64,000 nucleotides of DNA. It comes from a virus. Lineage: Duplodnaviria > Caudoviricetes. Numbering within the stretch: position 1 is the stretch's first letter; each line of letters opens with the position of its first letter. Shown piece after piece: positions 38,700-48,272 of this stretch. The position numbers and the translations under genes were made by a program. The stretch covers positions 1-64,000 of IMG/VR virus record IMGVR_UViG_3300037067_013150; one strand, given 5' to 3'. Under the pieces are notes generated by a model, which was given only the letters and a program-made list of their open reading frames with translations, had not been told where the DNA came from and did no database searches.

Positions 38700-39407
38700 T
38701 TAATCAGTACTCAATTCACCAACATCCAATTTACTTTTTACTTGATTAACAAATAATTGCAATGTTTCATTTGAAAGGTGTCTTGATCCTATATACATAA
38801 AATAATGAGAACATTCTTCTTTACAATATGTATTATTTCTATTTTTTGCATAATCACAATTTTCACATCGAATAGAACCATAATTACTACGTTTAGCTTT
38901 TATACAAAAACAACAACTACTGGACTTATAATCTTTTGCAAACTTATAAAAAATATTATTATATAGTTCATTATAAACTTCTTTAGCTTCTTCATCAGAC
39001 CATTGCATTATAGCTTTTTCATCTTCTTCAGTATGATATTTAGAATCATTTATATAATCTGATTTCATTTTCTGGATAAGAATTAACAATCTTTGATATA
39101 ATTTATAACCTGATTTTATAATTTCAGATTCTTTTTCAATAACACTAAATCCTTGTCTATTAAGTTCATCTTCTATAATACTATTCATATTAGAACAAAC
39201 TATATTTGGTGCTACTTCTGGATTATATTTTTTATTATGCAAAGAATTAAATTTATAATCTTTATCTTTTATGATCAAATCCATTAACTCAGAATGATTA
39301 CACAAATGAAAAAACAATCTAGCTTCTGATACAGTTTGAATTGTAAATTCAATATTAAAAGGTGTAAATTCTTTTTTGATTTCATCTTTTTTAATGGTTG
39401 CTTTCAT
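38700..39407 (-). CDS. Two-domain protein with C-terminal Cys-cluster paralog domain
   Basis: FTPFNIEFTI N-domain; CCFC...CENCDY. Confidence 0.8.
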   Translation of the reverse strand: MKATIKKDEIKKEFTPFNIEFTIQTVSEARLFFHLCNHSELMDLIIKDKDYKFNSLHNKKYNPEVAPNIVCSNMNSIIEDELNRQGFSVIEKESEIIKSGYKLYQRLLILIQKMKSDYINDSKYHTEEDEKAIMQWSDEEAKEVYNELYNNIFYKFAKDYKSSSCCFCIKAKRSNYGSIRCENCDYAKNRNNTYCKEECSHYFMYIGSRHLSNETLQLFVNQVKSKLDVGELSTD

Positions 39408-39817
39408 TATATATCTTCCTTAATAGGATATTTTTTATTTATTTTGTGTATCCAAGTACATAAAATATCATTAGATACTAAAGATTTTTTACTATTTGCT
39501 AAATTCTTATAAAAATAAGATTTTTTACTATAACAATTTTTATTTCTAATTATTGAATATTCACATGTAGAACATTCTTCATCATTTTTTATACAAAAAC
39601 AGCATGTTTTATTACCAATATATTCTTCTTGATTAAATAAAATATTTTCTTCTAAATACTGCCATACTTCTTCTGCAACAGTATCATTCCAAAATAGTAT
39701 AGCTAGTTCATCTTCTGGCAAATTATATTTATTCAATTTCATATATTTTGCCTTTTCTCTTTGAAACATTATTAATTTTTTATGTATCTTTTTACCTTTT
39801 ATTTTAGATAAGTCCAT
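39407..39817 (-). CDS. Cys-cluster paralog
   Basis: CCFC...CSTCEY. Confidence 0.8.
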   Translation of the reverse strand: MDLSKIKGKKIHKKLIMFQREKAKYMKLNKYNLPEDELAILFWNDTVAEEVWQYLEENILFNQEEYIGNKTCCFCIKNDEECSTCEYSIIRNKNCYSKKSYFYKNLANSKKSLVSNDILCTWIHKINKKYPIKEDI

Positions 39818-39829
39818 ATTAACTCCTTA

Positions 39830-40243
39830 TTACCAAATAATTTCTCCAGTATCAAGTACAGTATATTTACAATAATTACCATCAGTAGTTGTATATTCTC
39901 CAGATGTCAATACTTTAAGATATTCTTTACAACCAAGCACATCTTTAAAATAAACTATAAGAGTACCATCTGATAGCCGAAGAAGTGTTTCACCCTCATT
40001 ATTATTACAAGGATGTATTACTTCAATAATAGCATCTTCTCCATTATCTCCATCTTCTCCATTTGTAAGAAATATTGATTCAGAATCACCACATTTAATA
40101 GTATAGCCACCAGTTACTTTAGTAGTTGTACATTTTTCTATTTTAGTTTGAATAGGAATAATAGTATTAACATCTCCTACATCATCACAAGAAATAATTC
40201 CTATAAACATAAAAAACATAAGTATAAAAATAAATTTCTTCAT
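39830..40243 (-). CDS. Lipoprotein with short collagen-like repeat
   Basis: Signal peptide ending IISC; NGEDGDNGED. Confidence 0.8.
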   Translation of the reverse strand: MKKFIFILMFFMFIGIISCDDVGDVNTIIPIQTKIEKCTTTKVTGGYTIKCGDSESIFLTNGEDGDNGEDAIIEVIHPCNNNEGETLLRLSDGTLIVYFKDVLGCKEYLKVLTSGEYTTTDGNYCKYTVLDTGEIIW

Positions 40244-40507
40244 TTAAACATCCTTATTTATTAATAGTTTTATTACATCTTATTGTTATATCATTTCCCA
40301 TTACTTTACATCCACCTTTCTTAACTTTACATACTTCATTAACTTCATATATTTTATATATAAGAAGTGATATAATTAATAATGAAAATAATATTAATAC
40401 ATAAAATATTTTTTGTTTAATATCTTTCATATATTTAACTTATAAAATTTTTATAAACATATAATAGAAACAATACAATAAAATGAAATGCCCAAAAAAC
40501 TGTACAC

Positions 40508-40783
40508 TTAATCTTTTCCGTCATTTAATTCACCTCTTACGTCTTCATCATATACAAATCTATTTGATTTATGAACACCAGAATAATTTGTAATAAATTT
40601 AGTTAATATAGGTATCAATTCATGTAAATCATCAACAGATAATTGTACATAACCATATTTAGTATCTTCTTGTAATGCAGTTAATTGTACACATATTCCT
40701 TTATTACCACCAGAATATCTTGTTACAGATAAATCTACATTACGACTACCACTTTCTTTTAATACACCTATTTCTGTACTCAT
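40508..40783 (-). CDS. Hypothetical protein
   Basis: GGAGG upstream. Confidence 0.75.
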   Translation of the reverse strand: MSTEIGVLKESGSRNVDLSVTRYSGGNKGICVQLTALQEDTKYGYVQLSVDDLHELIPILTKFITNYSGVHKSNRFVYDEDVRGELNDGKD

Positions 40784-40803
40784 ATATCCTCCTTAATTAA
40801 ATG

Positions 40804-40857
40804 TTTAAGGATCGACTCCCCATAAATAGATCAGGAAGTCTTACCTTAATTATTTAA
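40804..40857. repeat. Intergenic hairpin element, copy 2
   Basis: Same 15-bp and 21-bp arms as 38413-38460 with a different loop. Confidence 0.8.
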
Positions 40858-41015
40858 TTATTAATATTTATAATAATAATTGCTAGTACAATTAAATGAA
40901 TTAATGCACAAATCCATCCACTAAAAGCAGTAAAATTATGATTTGTTATTGCAATTACTATATTTAAAATATATACAATAAAAGCAATTATAAATAATAT
41001 ATTTGTTATAATCAT
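40854..41015 (-). CDS. Small membrane protein (53 aa, not in track)
   Basis: Two hydrophobic helices. Confidence 0.6.
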   Translation of the reverse strand: MIITNILFIIAFIVYILNIVIAITNHNFTAFSGWICALIHLIVLAIIIININN

Positions 41016-41030
41016 TTTTATACTTCTATA

Positions 41031-41819
41031 TTATATTTGATTCAAACTAAATTCAATATAATCAGCACCAGAAAAATCTTTATTATATATTTGATTAAGC
41101 TGTAAACAAAATCTTTTAGGACTTGTTGATTTATTCCCACTCATACAATTAAACATATGTGCATATTTTTTAAGATTAAACATCATACGTTTATGACAAT
41201 AATTATTTTGAGTTAGAACCATAATAAGAGCAATCTTAAATGATTTCATAGAACAAAGAAGAGGTATTTTACCTTTTTCTATTGATATAATATCATTAAA
41301 ATGAGTAATTCTATTTATAATTCGTTGTTCTATATCTTTAGTCATAACAAATGATCCATCTTTAAAAGAACTATTTGAATTCCTCAAATGTTTTCCAATA
41401 AGAGCCATAAAATGATTAAGAGTCAACCCACTTTGTTGTTTATAATTATACAATTTAATATAATTTTTATTACCTTGTTTAATAAACTTTTGTAAATAAT
41501 CTTCAAGCTTCCATCTAGTACATATTTGATATCCAGATACATATTCTTCAGCTTCTTTTAAAGTCATATCCAAAACTGCATAATTAATTGGTTCACCCAA
41601 TTCTATTAGACCTTTAATTTTATGTTGCCAATCAAAAACATGCAATTTATTTTTATTTTTAATAACCAATGCATTACCAATTACACCACTATTATTAAAT
41701 ATTTTACCCCATTTCTTTACTTTTGATTCATTGATCTCACGATTATTTTTCATAAATACAAATTTATTATAATCTTTTGTACAACCAATTTCTACAATAG
41801 GATACATTCTTATTGACAT
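41031..41819 (-). CDS. ParB-like N-terminal domain protein
   Basis: TKDYNKF..MKNNREI...VFDWQHK (DGQHR-like)...PINYAV. Confidence 0.65.
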   Translation of the reverse strand: MSIRMYPIVEIGCTKDYNKFVFMKNNREINESKVKKWGKIFNNSGVIGNALVIKNKNKLHVFDWQHKIKGLIELGEPINYAVLDMTLKEAEEYVSGYQICTRWKLEDYLQKFIKQGNKNYIKLYNYKQQSGLTLNHFMALIGKHLRNSNSSFKDGSFVMTKDIEQRIINRITHFNDIISIEKGKIPLLCSMKSFKIALIMVLTQNNYCHKRMMFNLKKYAHMFNCMSGNKSTSPKRFCLQLNQIYNKDFSGADYIEFSLNQI

Positions 41820-41909
41820 ATTATACTCCTTAATTTATATGAGCTATTTGTATAGCTAAATAAAACTTTTAACTCTTAAACATTTCCACTACTATTAATA
41901 TAAATCATA

Positions 41910-42416
41910 TTATTTTACCCTTTCTATAAGGGTAATTTCATTACAAAAAATAGTTCCATCAGGCCAAGGAGATTCTCCTATCATATAAGAATCTATAATA
42001 GTTTTAAAATTTTTTCGATTACTTACACCATTACAAGTATAAGCAAATAGATTTTCAAAAGATCTAGGATGTATTTTTTTATAATATCTCTTATTTACTA
42101 TTGCTTTACATTTCCATATTTGAAATTTTCCTCTAGCATTATAATAATCATCCAAAAATTCTTCTGCATTCCTTTTTGTGCCAAAAGCTAGTAAATCATA
42201 ATTACCTACAAATTCCCTATTAGGATATACTGAAACTCCAGGTATATACTCAATTATAATACCTTTCTTCTTAAGAAAATTCCTTACAAGTAAATCAAAT
42301 CCTTTACGAGCTATAGCCCAATTATAATCTAAACCATATGTAAATGAATATAACTTATTCTTTTTAACAGATACTACTTTATAAACAATTTTTTCATTAT
42401 TATTATTTTCTTCCAT
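41910..42416 (-). CDS. Hypothetical phage protein (IVYKVV...WPDGTIFC)
   Basis: Start moved to MEENNN after AAGGAG. Confidence 0.75.
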   Translation of the reverse strand: MEENNNNEKIVYKVVSVKKNKLYSFTYGLDYNWAIARKGFDLLVRNFLKKKGIIIEYIPGVSVYPNREFVGNYDLLAFGTKRNAEEFLDDYYNARGKFQIWKCKAIVNKRYYKKIHPRSFENLFAYTCNGVSNRKNFKTIIDSYMIGESPWPDGTIFCNEITLIERVK

Positions 42417-42533
42417 TTGTATCTCCTTTATTTTAATATAAAAAGGATCGAATCCCTCTATACAGCAATGCTTAAAAAGATTATCCACAATATTTAATAA
42501 TTTTATTGTGGATAATTATATTAATAATTGCTA

Positions 42534-42908
42534 TTACTTAATCATTTCTATTTGTTGTACACCTTTAGGATAAAAAATTCCTACCCACATAGATTTCTGA
42601 TATTCTTTAGTAGATGCAAGATTAGTATTAAGTTTAATAATTGTTTGAGTAATAGCAGCTCGTTCAATATCTGAATTAGATTTTCTTGACTCTTCAAGAC
42701 TAATACGTGCTTGATTATATTCAGCTTTCATGGGTTCCAAAGATATATAATTAGTCATTATTATTAGCAAAGACACTAAAAGAAAAACTCCTCCAAAAAG
42801 AGCTATAATAGTTGATGTTAGTTCATATTCCATACTTTTATTAGAATTAAATATACAAAGAATAATTCCGATTCCTAGAAAAAGAATAATAATTGATAGT
42901 ATAATCAT
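42534..42908 (-). CDS. 2-TM membrane protein
   Basis: Two TM helices, then a helical domain. Confidence 0.8.
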   Translation of the reverse strand: MIILSIIILFLGIGIILCIFNSNKSMEYELTSTIIALFGGVFLLVSLLIIMTNYISLEPMKAEYNQARISLEESRKSNSDIERAAITQTIIKLNTNLASTKEYQKSMWVGIFYPKGVQQIEMIK

Positions 42909-43108
42909 TTGATCTCCTTATATTGTTTTAATATTAAATACTGTTTAAATGTTTCCCTTCTTTTATACCAATAGGTGTATTCTTTTCTATAGTTAAACCA
43001 ATCTTTAAAAGAAAAATCACTACCTATTGTTATAGCTTTTAAACCTGTAAACCAAATAATAACATATATTATATAATATAATATATTTATTACTGTCTCT
43101 ATATTCAT
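42905..43108 (-). CDS. Small membrane protein
   Basis: N-terminal TM. Confidence 0.7.
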   Translation of the reverse strand: MNIETVINILYYIIYVIIWFTGLKAITIGSDFSFKDWFNYRKEYTYWYKRRETFKQYLILKQYKEIK

Positions 43109-43109
43109 A

Positions 43110-43631
43110 CTATTGCCATCTCTTTTGTCTATTTGATTTCTTTTTAAATATTTTCCAAAAATATTCTATTTTTTCTTTATCTTGATTCATATACATATAC
43201 TGATATACTCTGTCCTTTGTTATTGAAGTAATATTTGAATCTCTAATAATATCTTCCAATGTATCATATTTATCATCAATTTTTTTAACTTCTTTATTAT
43301 ATTTTTTTACTGATTCAGCATTAAGAAGATCAGAAGGATTATCTGGTATTCCTACTTTACTCATATCTCCACGTTTAATAGCATTAACTATTATAAGAGG
43401 AATTTTATTCGGATATTTTAAAGTACATTCTTCTTTCTCATTAGAAGAAAATGTAGCAGAATTAATATTAAAATACTTTTTAATAGCACCATGACCTATT
43501 ATATCCTCATAAAATTCAGTAGTAAGATATTTTTTTAATTGTTCTCCTTTATAAGTATCAAGTTCTTTATTACTTATAAAATAAACTTTATCATTAATAT
43601 TATCTTCAATCCACGATACAAAATCACACAT
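43110..43631 (-). CDS. Hypothetical phage protein (MCDFVSW...GHGAI)
   Basis: GGAG upstream. Confidence 0.8.
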   Translation of the reverse strand: MCDFVSWIEDNINDKVYFISNKELDTYKGEQLKKYLTTEFYEDIIGHGAIKKYFNINSATFSSNEKEECTLKYPNKIPLIIVNAIKRGDMSKVGIPDNPSDLLNAESVKKYNKEVKKIDDKYDTLEDIIRDSNITSITKDRVYQYMYMNQDKEKIEYFWKIFKKKSNRQKRWQ

Positions 43632-43662
43632 ATATTTTCTCCTATTATAAATTAATTATTAA

Positions 43663-43929
43663 TTATACTACAACTAAAGTAATCTCATCTCCTTTTTTAA
43701 GTTTCTTTACCATTATCTTTGCTTGAATAGAAGGATAAGTCCAACATTTATTCTCTCCAGGTTTAGATAATGACATTACTTCAAACTTAGAATCACTAGA
43801 AGTTCTCATTACAATTTCACCAAAATAATTACAAGACCTATTAACTATTACAGCTATTTCGCATGGTTTTAATTCTCCAATTCCTATTAAACCATCTTCT
43901 GCAAAATAATTTTCTTTTATTTTAAACAC
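43663..43929 (-). CDS. Hypothetical protein (GTG start)
   Basis: GGAGG upstream; palindromic terminator at 43957-43978. Confidence 0.75.
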   Translation of the reverse strand: MFKIKENYFAEDGLIGIGELKPCEIAVIVNRSCNYFGEIVMRTSSDSKFEVMSLSKPGENKCWTYPSIQAKIMVKKLKKGDEITLVVV

Positions 43930-44145
43930 CTCAAACCTCCTTAATATTATTAAAAAAAGCTAGTTAATTAACTAGCTTAATTTGATAACATTAAATACTC
44001 AAATGAATACCTTTTATTTCTTTTTCAAGCAATCTATTATCAAACTTCAATTGCCTAATCTCCCTATTAATAGGATCTTCAATCAACTTCATTATTCTCT
44101 TTCTACGTCCTATTATAAACATAGGTAAACCTCCAAATATTATTA

Positions 44146-44307
44146 TTAATTAAATTTTACATCCCTATTTGATAGGGTTTTTTCTTTACCACAACAAGGA
44201 CATTTAAACTTATCCTTATTATTATTATTAATATTACTTACAATTTTCATCTCTTCTTTACATTTATTACAACGATGTATAGAATTATAATATTTAATAG
44301 TCTTCAA
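44146..44307 (-). CDS. Small Zn-ribbon protein (TTG start, not in track)
   Basis: GGAGG; CNKC...CPCCG. Confidence 0.65.
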   Translation of the reverse strand: MKTIKYYNSIHRCNKCKEEMKIVSNINNNNKDKFKCPCCGKEKTLSNRDVKFN

Positions 44308-44373
44308 TCAAACCTCCTTAATTATTACTAAAAAAGCCTTTAATATCTCTATTAAAGGCTAACTTACTACTAA

Positions 44374-44844
44374 CTAAACAAGCCCAGTAGATGTATATAC
44401 TTTTATATATACCTTATCATCAGGCTTCTTAAGACTAACTCCAATAATAGGAGCCATAGCATCAAAGTCAGTCATAGCCTTAATAACCTCAAGATTCAAT
44501 TGCTCAACAGTTTTGATACAATCAAACTTCTTAAGATTCTTAAGCTGTGCTATAGTAAATACTTCATCAGGTACAATAAGGCTCGATTTCCCCTTGGCCT
44601 CCACAGAGATCTCACCATTGGTAAACTTAACCTTATGTTCAAAATCTGTATCTTTATTAGCAAGACACAATGTTTTCAACGCATTCTCTGTAACTTCAAG
44701 TTCTGTCTTAAGAGGATCAATAGCTTTATTAAGCCTTGTTTTAATAGCAATGATCTCCTTGTTAGCTTCCTCTTCCTTCTCTGCAATCTTGTTGTTAAGC
44801 TTTGCTATCTTCAATAGATAGTTGTTGTACATAGTTGAATCCAT
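44374..44844 (-). CDS. Mu Gam-like host-nuclease inhibitor
   Basis: Long N-terminal coiled coil, F.NGEIS, IKT.EQLN.E.I, IGVSL..PDD.VYI pattern. Confidence 0.55.
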   Translation of the reverse strand: MDSTMYNNYLLKIAKLNNKIAEKEEEANKEIIAIKTRLNKAIDPLKTELEVTENALKTLCLANKDTDFEHKVKFTNGEISVEAKGKSSLIVPDEVFTIAQLKNLKKFDCIKTVEQLNLEVIKAMTDFDAMAPIIGVSLKKPDDKVYIKVYTSTGLV

Positions 44845-44858
44845 TTATTTTCTCCTTG

Positions 44859-45689
44859 TTATTTTATATTTTTATAAATAGCACTAATATATTTTATAGC
44901 TTCATTATATTCTATATAATATTTATTATTTTTATGTTTTTTAGTAACCAATTTTTTAAATTCTTTTATTGTACAAAATTGACAACCACAAAGAACTATT
45001 ATTCCTTTTGTTGTAAAATAAAAAATAGCATGAGAATTTCTTGAACCAATATGATTAATAGTAATACTTCCTCTTCCTATTAATTTATATCCATTAAGTG
45101 TTCTTTTACCTTTTATAAATTGATCACCTTTTACATGTTGAACCCCTTCTATAACTTGATTACCTTTTATAAATTTATAACCTTCTATAGATTGATAACC
45201 TTCTATAGATTGATAACCTTCTATAGATTGATAACCTTCTATAGATTGATTACCTTCTATAGATTGATAACCTTCTATAGATTGATAACCTTCTATAACT
45301 TGATTACCTTTTATAAATTGATCACCTTTTACATATTGACTACCTTTTATAACTTGATTACCTTTTACATATTGACTACCTTTTATAACTTGATTACCTT
45401 CTATATATTGATAACCTTTTATAACTTGATTACCTTTTATAACTTGATTACCTTTTATAAATTGATTACCTTTTATAAATTGATCACCTTTTACATATTG
45501 ACTACCTTTTATAACTTGATGACCTTCTATATAAATTGATTCATTAAAAATACAATCACAATTTATTATTATTGATTTATTAAATTCATATCTATTATTT
45601 TTTATATTAAAAAATTCTTTTTTTATAAATACATTTTGTTTATCAAAATCATTTTTTGAAAATATATATTTATCTTTTAATTCTTTCAT
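44859..45689 (-). CDS. Hexapeptide-repeat beta-helix protein
   Basis: 23 [IV][EK]GxQx repeats; C-terminal IGSRN...CGCQ...EF...H...EY domain. Confidence 0.85.
   Translation of the reverse strand: MKELKDKYIFSKNDFDKQNVFIKKEFFNIKNNRYEFNKSIIINCDCIFNESIYIEGHQVIKGSQYVKGDQFIKGNQFIKGNQVIKGNQVIKGYQYIEGNQVIKGSQYVKGNQVIKGSQYVKGDQFIKGNQVIEGYQSIEGYQSIEGNQSIEGYQSIEGYQSIEGYQSIEGYKFIKGNQVIEGVQHVKGDQFIKGKRTLNGYKLIGRGSITINHIGSRNSHAIFYFTTKGIIVLCGCQFCTIKEFKKLVTKKHKNNKYYIEYNEAIKYISAIYKNIK
45117..45530 (-). repeat. 18-bp coding tandem repeat (about 23 units)
   Basis: Plus-strand unit e.g. GATAACCTTCTATAGATT, several exact copies. Confidence 0.95.
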
Positions 45690-46054
45690 TTTAAAACCTT
45701 CTTGTATTATTCTAATTCTTTTATAATAAAAGTTATAGGTATATTACTCTTTTTATTTTCATATTAATATTCTCCTCTATATATAAGTTACATTACCACA
45801 ATCAAAACAAACATATGATTGTGGTTTCCAATCCTTAAATGATCTATAATGTTTCTTATCCATTATAATCATCTTACCACCACAATTATTACATTTCATA
45901 TTAATACTATCCCTATTATTGCCATTATAATGATAATAAACTGTACAAAAAAACCCGTATAATTATCATCCGCATAATATTGAAGCATTCCTACAAACCT
46001 ACCAGAAATAAGTAAACATAATAGAATGATTATATATATTTTCATTATAATCTC

Positions 46055-46264
46055 CTATAATGTATAATTATTACACCATTCTTCAAACTTAAGAATGGCA
46101 TTAGCTATTTGTGGTATATATGTAGCATACTTATCTTCTAATTTCCTCCTTTCTTTATCACCAAAGTATTCATATACTAATCCCTTCTTCATAACTTTAA
46201 CCATTAATTGACCTTTAATCTTGTTAATCTCTAACTCACAATCATATAAACTTTCACTTACCAT
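46055..46264 (-). CDS. Hypothetical protein
   Basis: GGAGG upstream. Confidence 0.75.
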   Translation of the reverse strand: MVSESLYDCELEINKIKGQLMVKVMKKGLVYEYFGDKERRKLEDKYATYIPQIANAILKFEEWCNNYTL

Positions 46265-46274
46265 TTAAACCTCC

Positions 46275-46580
46275 TTATTTCTTTTTATTCTTATTTGAAA
46301 AAGGTTTCTTCAAACTGCCCCCAAAATCTGTTATAGTATATGTACCATTAAATTGTTTAACTATAACTTTACCATCAAAATCATTAAAACATAAAGCTCT
46401 TCCAAATACAATACCTATAGATCTATTACATGATAATAGCTCTACCTCTTTACCTCCAGAATATAAAAGTATTGATTCATAACTCTCTTTATTATTAACA
46501 AGATAATAAAGAGGTGAAAAAGCATCTGATATAAATATAAGACAAATTAATATTATTGATAATTTTAATATAAAATTCAT
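46275..46580 (-). CDS. Secreted hypothetical protein
   Basis: Signal-peptide-like N-terminus. Confidence 0.75.
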   Translation of the reverse strand: MNFILKLSIILICLIFISDAFSPLYYLVNNKESYESILLYSGGKEVELLSCNRSIGIVFGRALCFNDFDGKVIVKQFNGTYTITDFGGSLKKPFSNKNKKK

Positions 46581-46671
46581 TTATCCTCCTTATAATATTA
46601 TTATTAATTATCAACAAGTAGCAGTAAAAAGGATCGAATCCCCTTTACTGCTCTATATTCATAATTACTAA

Positions 46672-47361
46672 TTATTCAGGACCAATATTTTCTTCTCCAT
46701 AAAATTCATCCCTTGTATCTGAATAAATATCATATACTTTCTTCGCATCTATAGGACTTATCATCATATCCTCTGTATTATTTATAGGTAAGTCACTACC
46801 ATCTTTCTTTGTTATCCCACTCTCTCCAGGATATAACATAACAGAATGATAATCAAATGGATATTTATACCAATAATATCCTAACTTGTTATAATTAACC
46901 ATACCTATTGGTAATTTTATATTATCTGGTATATTTATATATAAACTACTATCAGGTCTTAATATCTCATCTATTAATCCTAAAACATGACCCAATTCAT
47001 GTAATATTATTCCCCTATCAAAATTATTAGAAAATATTATAAAATTAGTATCATTAAAATATCCTAATGAAGATGTTGCTGCTAATATATGTCCAGCATA
47101 CTTTATCTTAAAAATCTTTAATACTTTACAATCATCTTCTATATGTTTATCATCTGCTAATTGAATATTTATAAACTTAACCCTAAATTGTGATGCTATT
47201 TCCCATAGCATCATACAAGATTGTACTTCTAAACTCTCTTCTATTGATAAACCTATTACCTCATATGGGATATGATGATTAGGCCAAACATCTTTTGGTT
47301 CTACCATACATCTCATATTAATTATATTAAATAATATTATTAATACTATAAGAAATCTCAT
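46672..47361 (-). CDS. Astacin-like metzincin peptidase (M12A-like), secreted or lipoprotein
   Basis: WPNHHIPY, HELGHVLGLIDE, RPD, Met-turn DYHSVMLY; hydrophobic N-terminus ending in Cys. Confidence 0.85.
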   Translation of the reverse strand: MRFLIVLIILFNIINMRCMVEPKDVWPNHHIPYEVIGLSIEESLEVQSCMMLWEIASQFRVKFINIQLADDKHIEDDCKVLKIFKIKYAGHILAATSSLGYFNDTNFIIFSNNFDRGIILHELGHVLGLIDEILRPDSSLYINIPDNIKLPIGMVNYNKLGYYWYKYPFDYHSVMLYPGESGITKKDGSDLPINNTEDMMISPIDAKKVYDIYSDTRDEFYGEENIGPE

Positions 47362-47498
47362 CTCTTTCACCTCCTTTATTAATTTAAAATCTTAATGTTG
47401 CTTACTATATATATAGTAAGCAAAGGTTAAAACTTTAAATGTAATTAAAGCTGTGTATCTGTCTTAATACCAACAGGCTCATAAAGATACCAATTTGT

Positions 47499-47693
47499 TT
47501 ATTTATTTTCAGAAAGTTGTTCTATTTTAGTCTCATAATATTTAGAAAAACAATTAAATATTTCTTTAAGATCTAATTGTTTATCTAATGAATTAATAAT
47601 TTTAATAAAATCCCCAACAGAAAGTTTAGAATCTATTTTAATCGTATCATCTGATATAGATTTAAGTTTTATTATCGCTTCAGAAACTTTCAT
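47499..47693 (-). CDS. Hypothetical protein
   Basis: Co-directional ORF. Confidence 0.7.
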   Translation of the reverse strand: MKVSEAIIKLKSISDDTIKIDSKLSVGDFIKIINSLDKQLDLKEIFNCFSKYYETKIEQLSENK

Positions 47694-47715
47694 ATATATC
47701 TAACCTTAATATTAA

Positions 47716-47979
47716 TTAATAATTATTTAAAGGAACCAGCTTACCATTAATAAACTTATTACGTTTTGTAATCCCTTGACCTCTTCCCCAATCAAAACGT
47801 TCATTAGTAGGATGAGCTTTTTCTATCATATCTGTATAGTTTGCTATATTTTCATCAATCATATCGCCTGCAGATACAAACGTAAATACAGATAAACAAT
47901 ACATAAATCCATTCTTTTCCGCTTTCTCAATCTCCTTTAATGCTTTCTTTAATTCTTTAGTCTCAATACAAAATTCCAT
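47716..47979 (-). CDS. Hypothetical protein
   Basis: GGAG upstream. Confidence 0.75.
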   Translation of the reverse strand: MEFCIETKELKKALKEIEKAEKNGFMYCLSVFTFVSAGDMIDENIANYTDMIEKAHPTNERFDWGRGQGITKRNKFINGKLVPLNNY

Positions 47980-48272
47980 ATCTTACTCCTTATTATTAAT
48001 ATTTATATTACTTATTCATATAATATACTATATAACTGATTATTCATAAAATTCTTTAATGCCTATTATAACTAATAAGCATTAAAAAATAGCCTATTAT
48101 TATAAATAGGCTAATAACTATCTCTTACATAAACCCATACATAGAAGCAATTTGCATTACCTTACTTGCTTCCTTAAACATCTCCCTCTCTTTACTTGTT
48201 AGATGTGAAGCTTTCATTATTAAAACTTTCATATTAAAACCTCCAATCTATATTAAAAGTGTCGATTCCCCG

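Noticed and set aside
45120-45539. Plus-strand 139-aa ORF (ITFYRL repeats) or a DGR template/variable repeat
   Set aside because: Antisense shadow of the 18-bp coding repeat; no reverse transcriptase and no adenine-specific TR/VR pair
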